Assembly: GCA_038320275.1 (NCBI GenBank)
Contig: JBBQEB010000008.1
Location: 1-49,318, forward strand
Reading direction: 5' to 3'
DNA: 49,318 bases
From: Myxococcales bacterium
GTDB lineage: Bacteria > Myxococcota > Myxococcia > Myxococcales > Anaeromyxobacteraceae
Both the position numbers and the translations under genes were made by a program. Each line of letters opens with the position of its first letter. Position 1 is the first letter of the stretch. Below are positions 46,749 to 49,318 of this stretch, one piece after another. The notes below the pieces were generated by a model. It saw only the letters and a program-made list of their open reading frames with translations, was not told the origin of the DNA and searched no databases.

Positions 46749-46754
46749 ACTATA
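46749..46754 (-). promoter_or_regulatory. Candidate sigma-70 -10 box (TATAGT) for the ABC operon
   Basis: AT-rich hexamer in a very GC-rich background, about 42 nt upstream of the SBP ATG. Confidence 0.45.
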
Positions 46755-46879
46755 TGACGGAGCGTCGGTTCCAGATCACGCATATCCAGCCGTGAACCCA
46801 CGCGCAGCCTGCGGACACCCGCAACCTGGTCTCCGGGCAGGCCCGGACCCCCGGCATGGTGTGCGCGGCGTGTGGCTCG

Positions 46880-46885
46880 TACAAT
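46880..46885 (+). promoter_or_regulatory. Candidate sigma-70 -10 box (TACAAT) for the two-component operon
   Basis: TACAAT lies 11 nt before in-frame ATG 46897. Confidence 0.45.
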
Positions 46886-46896
46886 CTGGTGCTCCC

Positions 46897-48498
46897 ATGC
46901 CGTCTCTCCTTCCCGTGCACGGCGACGCCGCTCCCGGCGATTCGGGCCAGGCTCCTACCTGGCACTGGTCGGGGGCACGCATGGGGATGGGCCTCCTGGT
47001 GGTGGCGGTGCTCGGGCTTCTCTGGGTGCTGCACCGCCAGGAAATGGAGGACCACCGGGACGCCCTCGTCCGGGACATCCTGTGGGTGGAGCAGCGGATC
47101 GGCTCCGGCCTGGTGCGGGACGTGGACGTGCTGCGCGACCTCACCCTCGACCTGCGCGGCGGGGAGGTGAACCACGACAAGTTCGACGAGCATGCCACGG
47201 CGCTCCTGCGCTCGAGCCCGGGCCTGGTGGAGATCGCGCTCGTGGATCTGCGGGGCACGCTGCTCGCCAAGGCGCCCGTGCGGACCGACGGGCGAGCGGC
47301 GGCGGTCGAGCCGGTGAGCCAGGCCGCGTACCGGTCGGCGCTCTCGACCGGGAAGCCCACCTACAGCCCTTCCCACCCTTCGCTGCGTGGGCACGAGTTC
47401 GAGGTGTTCATCCCGTACAACCTGAACGGCGTCATCGGCGGGGTGGTGGTGGGGGTTTACAGCCTCGGCGACATGCTCTCCGACACCGTGCCGTGGTGGC
47501 TCGCGGAGAAGCACCGGGTCACCCTGCGGAGCGGCGACGGGGCGGTGCTGGCGGCCAAGTCGAGCGTGGAGGCGGCGGGCCGGCCGGATCTCACGCGGGA
47601 GGTGCGGCTCGATCCTCCTGGCCACGGCCTCGTGCTTCACGTCGAGTCCTATGGCGCAGGCACCCGCGTCCTGCGCAACCTGCTCGCGATCAGCATCGTG
47701 AGCCTGGCCGGCACGGTGCTCTGGACGCTCTGGTCGCTGCGGCGCCACGTGCATCGCCGCATGGAGGCGGAGCGCGCGCTCCGCGAGCAGGGCGAGAAGC
47801 TCGCCACCACCGCCCGCCTCGCCACCCTGGGGGAGATGGCGTCGTCCCTGGCGCACGAGCTCAACGGGCCGCTCGCTGCCATCGCGAGCTACAGCGCGGG
47901 CTCCCTCAACCTCCTCGAGGCCGGCACCGCCAGCCCTTCCGACTTGCGGGAGACCATCGAGAAGACCGCCCAGCAGGCGCAGCGCGCTGGCCGGATCATC
48001 CGGCGCGTACGGGACTTCGTTCGCAAGAGCGAGCCCACCCGCCAGCCCATGGCGCTCGACCCGGTCATCGAGGAGGCGGTGGGATTCGCCGCGCCGGACG
48101 CGGTCGCGCGCAAGGTGCGCATCGCCTGGCGACCGGGCACCGCAGGACGCACCGTGCTCGGGGACCCGCTGCTCCTGCAGCAGGTCCTGCTCAACCTGGT
48201 CCGGAACGGGATGGAGGCGATGGCCTCCACCCCGCCCGAGGAGCGGGAGCTCGTGGTCGCCACCTCGGCGGATCGCCGGACCGCCACGGTGCGCGTGACC
48301 GACAGCGGCTGCGGGATCGCGCCGGGGACCGAAGGCCAGCTCTTCGACGCGTTCTTCACCACCAAGCCCGAGGGAACGGGCATGGGGCTCAACATCTGCC
48401 GCTCCGTCGTCGAGGCGCACGGCGGTCGCATCTGGGCGGAGCCGTCCGCGGGACGGGGCACCGCCTTCAACTTCTCGCTGCCCCTGGAGGAACCATGA
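46897..48498 (+). CDS. Membrane sensor histidine kinase, DctS-like
   Basis: Two TMs, D.LWVEQ and PWW periplasmic motifs, GEMASSLAHELN.PL H-box, FFTTK.EG.GMGL.ICRS. Start may instead be 46981. Confidence 0.88.
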   Translation: MPSLLPVHGDAAPGDSGQAPTWHWSGARMGMGLLVVAVLGLLWVLHRQEMEDHRDALVRDILWVEQRIGSGLVRDVDVLRDLTLDLRGGEVNHDKFDEHATALLRSSPGLVEIALVDLRGTLLAKAPVRTDGRAAAVEPVSQAAYRSALSTGKPTYSPSHPSLRGHEFEVFIPYNLNGVIGGVVVGVYSLGDMLSDTVPWWLAEKHRVTLRSGDGAVLAAKSSVEAAGRPDLTREVRLDPPGHGLVLHVESYGAGTRVLRNLLAISIVSLAGTVLWTLWSLRRHVHRRMEAERALREQGEKLATTARLATLGEMASSLAHELNGPLAAIASYSAGSLNLLEAGTASPSDLRETIEKTAQQAQRAGRIIRRVRDFVRKSEPTRQPMALDPVIEEAVGFAAPDAVARKVRIAWRPGTAGRTVLGDPLLLQQVLLNLVRNGMEAMASTPPEERELVVATSADRRTATVRVTDSGCGIAPGTEGQLFDAFFTTKPEGTGMGLNICRSVVEAHGGRIWAEPSAGRGTAFNFSLPLEEP

Positions 48499-49169
48499 CC
48501 GACGCTGAGGGGACCGTTTTGGCCGAGGACCCGGCGGCCGCTGCACACGTGGTGGACGACGATCCCGCGGTCCGGGACGCGCTGCAGTGGCTCCTGAAGT
48601 CGCGCGGCGTGCCGGCGCGGCTGTGGTCCTCGGGCGAGGCATTCCTGGAGGCGTTCTCGGACGCGCTGCGGGGTTGCGTCGTGCTCGACGTCCGCATGAC
48701 GGGCATGAGCGGCGTGGAGGTTCACGAGCAGCTCCTCGCGCGCGGCTGCGGGCTGCCCATCCTCTTCCTCACCGGGCACGGCGAGGTGGGCATGGCCGTG
48801 GCGGCCCTGAAGAGGGGAGCGTTCGACTTCGTGGAGAAGCCGTTCGACGGCAACGCCCTCGTCGATCGCATCGTGGAGGCCATGCAGCTCGACGCCTCCC
48901 TGCGCCAGGCGCGGGAGGAGGAGCGCCGGGCCACGCTGGAGTGGAGCGAGGTGGAGGCGAGGCTCGACTCCCTCACGCCCCGCGAGCGCGAGGTCATGGA
49001 GCGGATCCTCACGGGCGACTACAACAAGATGATCGCCGACGCGCTCGGGATCGCGGTGCGGACCGTCGAGGTGCACCGCGCGCGCGTTTTCGAGAAGATG
49101 CGCGTCCGCTCCGCCGTGGAGCTGGCGGGGCTCCTCGCGCGGCTGCGGCCTGCGGCGCCGAAAGGCTGA
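48495..49169 (+). CDS. FixJ/DctR-like response regulator (REC plus LuxR HTH)
   Basis: VVDDD, LDVRM.GMSG, LTGHG, EKPF, LTPRE.EV...NK.IA..L.I..RTVEVHR; ATGA overlap with the kinase. Confidence 0.92.
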   Translation: MTDAEGTVLAEDPAAAAHVVDDDPAVRDALQWLLKSRGVPARLWSSGEAFLEAFSDALRGCVVLDVRMTGMSGVEVHEQLLARGCGLPILFLTGHGEVGMAVAALKRGAFDFVEKPFDGNALVDRIVEAMQLDASLRQAREEERRATLEWSEVEARLDSLTPREREVMERILTGDYNKMIADALGIAVRTVEVHRARVFEKMRVRSAVELAGLLARLRPAAPKG

Positions 49170-49318
49170 CCAGGGACGACCGGCGAGGAGCTGCGCTCGC
49201 CGAGCTCGAGCCCGGCGCTGCGGCCCTCGCGGGTCACCGGAGCCGAGGCTGGGAGCCCGAGCCCGAGCCCGGCCCCCGCCCGCTCGACCTCCTGCCGCTG
49301 GGATCGCTTGCGTTCGGG

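Overview
Very GC-rich bacterial chromosome segment; gene content and style suggest an Anaeromyxobacter-like Myxococcota (inference). Left to right: a chemosensory cluster (cheW, two MCPs sharing a colinear ~1.19 kb signalling region, a PAS hybrid kinase), a cyclopropane fatty acid synthase, an MNT/HEPN toxin-antitoxin pair, GST, SDR, polysaccharide deacetylase, YidB-like and LysM genes, rmuC, a divergent beta-carbonic anhydrase/PEP carboxylase pair, a selenocysteine formate dehydrogenase operon (fdnGHI-fdhE, in-frame UGA plus SECIS, upstream FNR-like box) and a NitT/TauT ABC transporter. An accessory stretch (~28.1-34.3 kb) holds a decayed M3 peptidase, an HNH nuclease preceded by 3x11-bp repeats, a Zn-ribbon mini-gene, and the most interesting element: a compact ubiquitination-like operon. 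It encodes a stand-alone Cys-containing E2-like protein, a 73-aa candidate modifier with an internal ...VFA motif and no recognisable ubiquitin signature, and a single JAB/MPN+ - pseudo-E2 - E1(ThiF) fusion whose E1 crossover loop has no Cys. No CD-NTase or classical ubiquitin-like gene is recognisable nearby. The right part holds alkA, a 5'-3' exonuclease, a multicopper oxidase, an osmoprotectant ABC system, TerC, and a Liv-type ABC operon divergent from a DctS/DctR-like two-component system. All family calls come from motif recognition by eye; no database searches were run.
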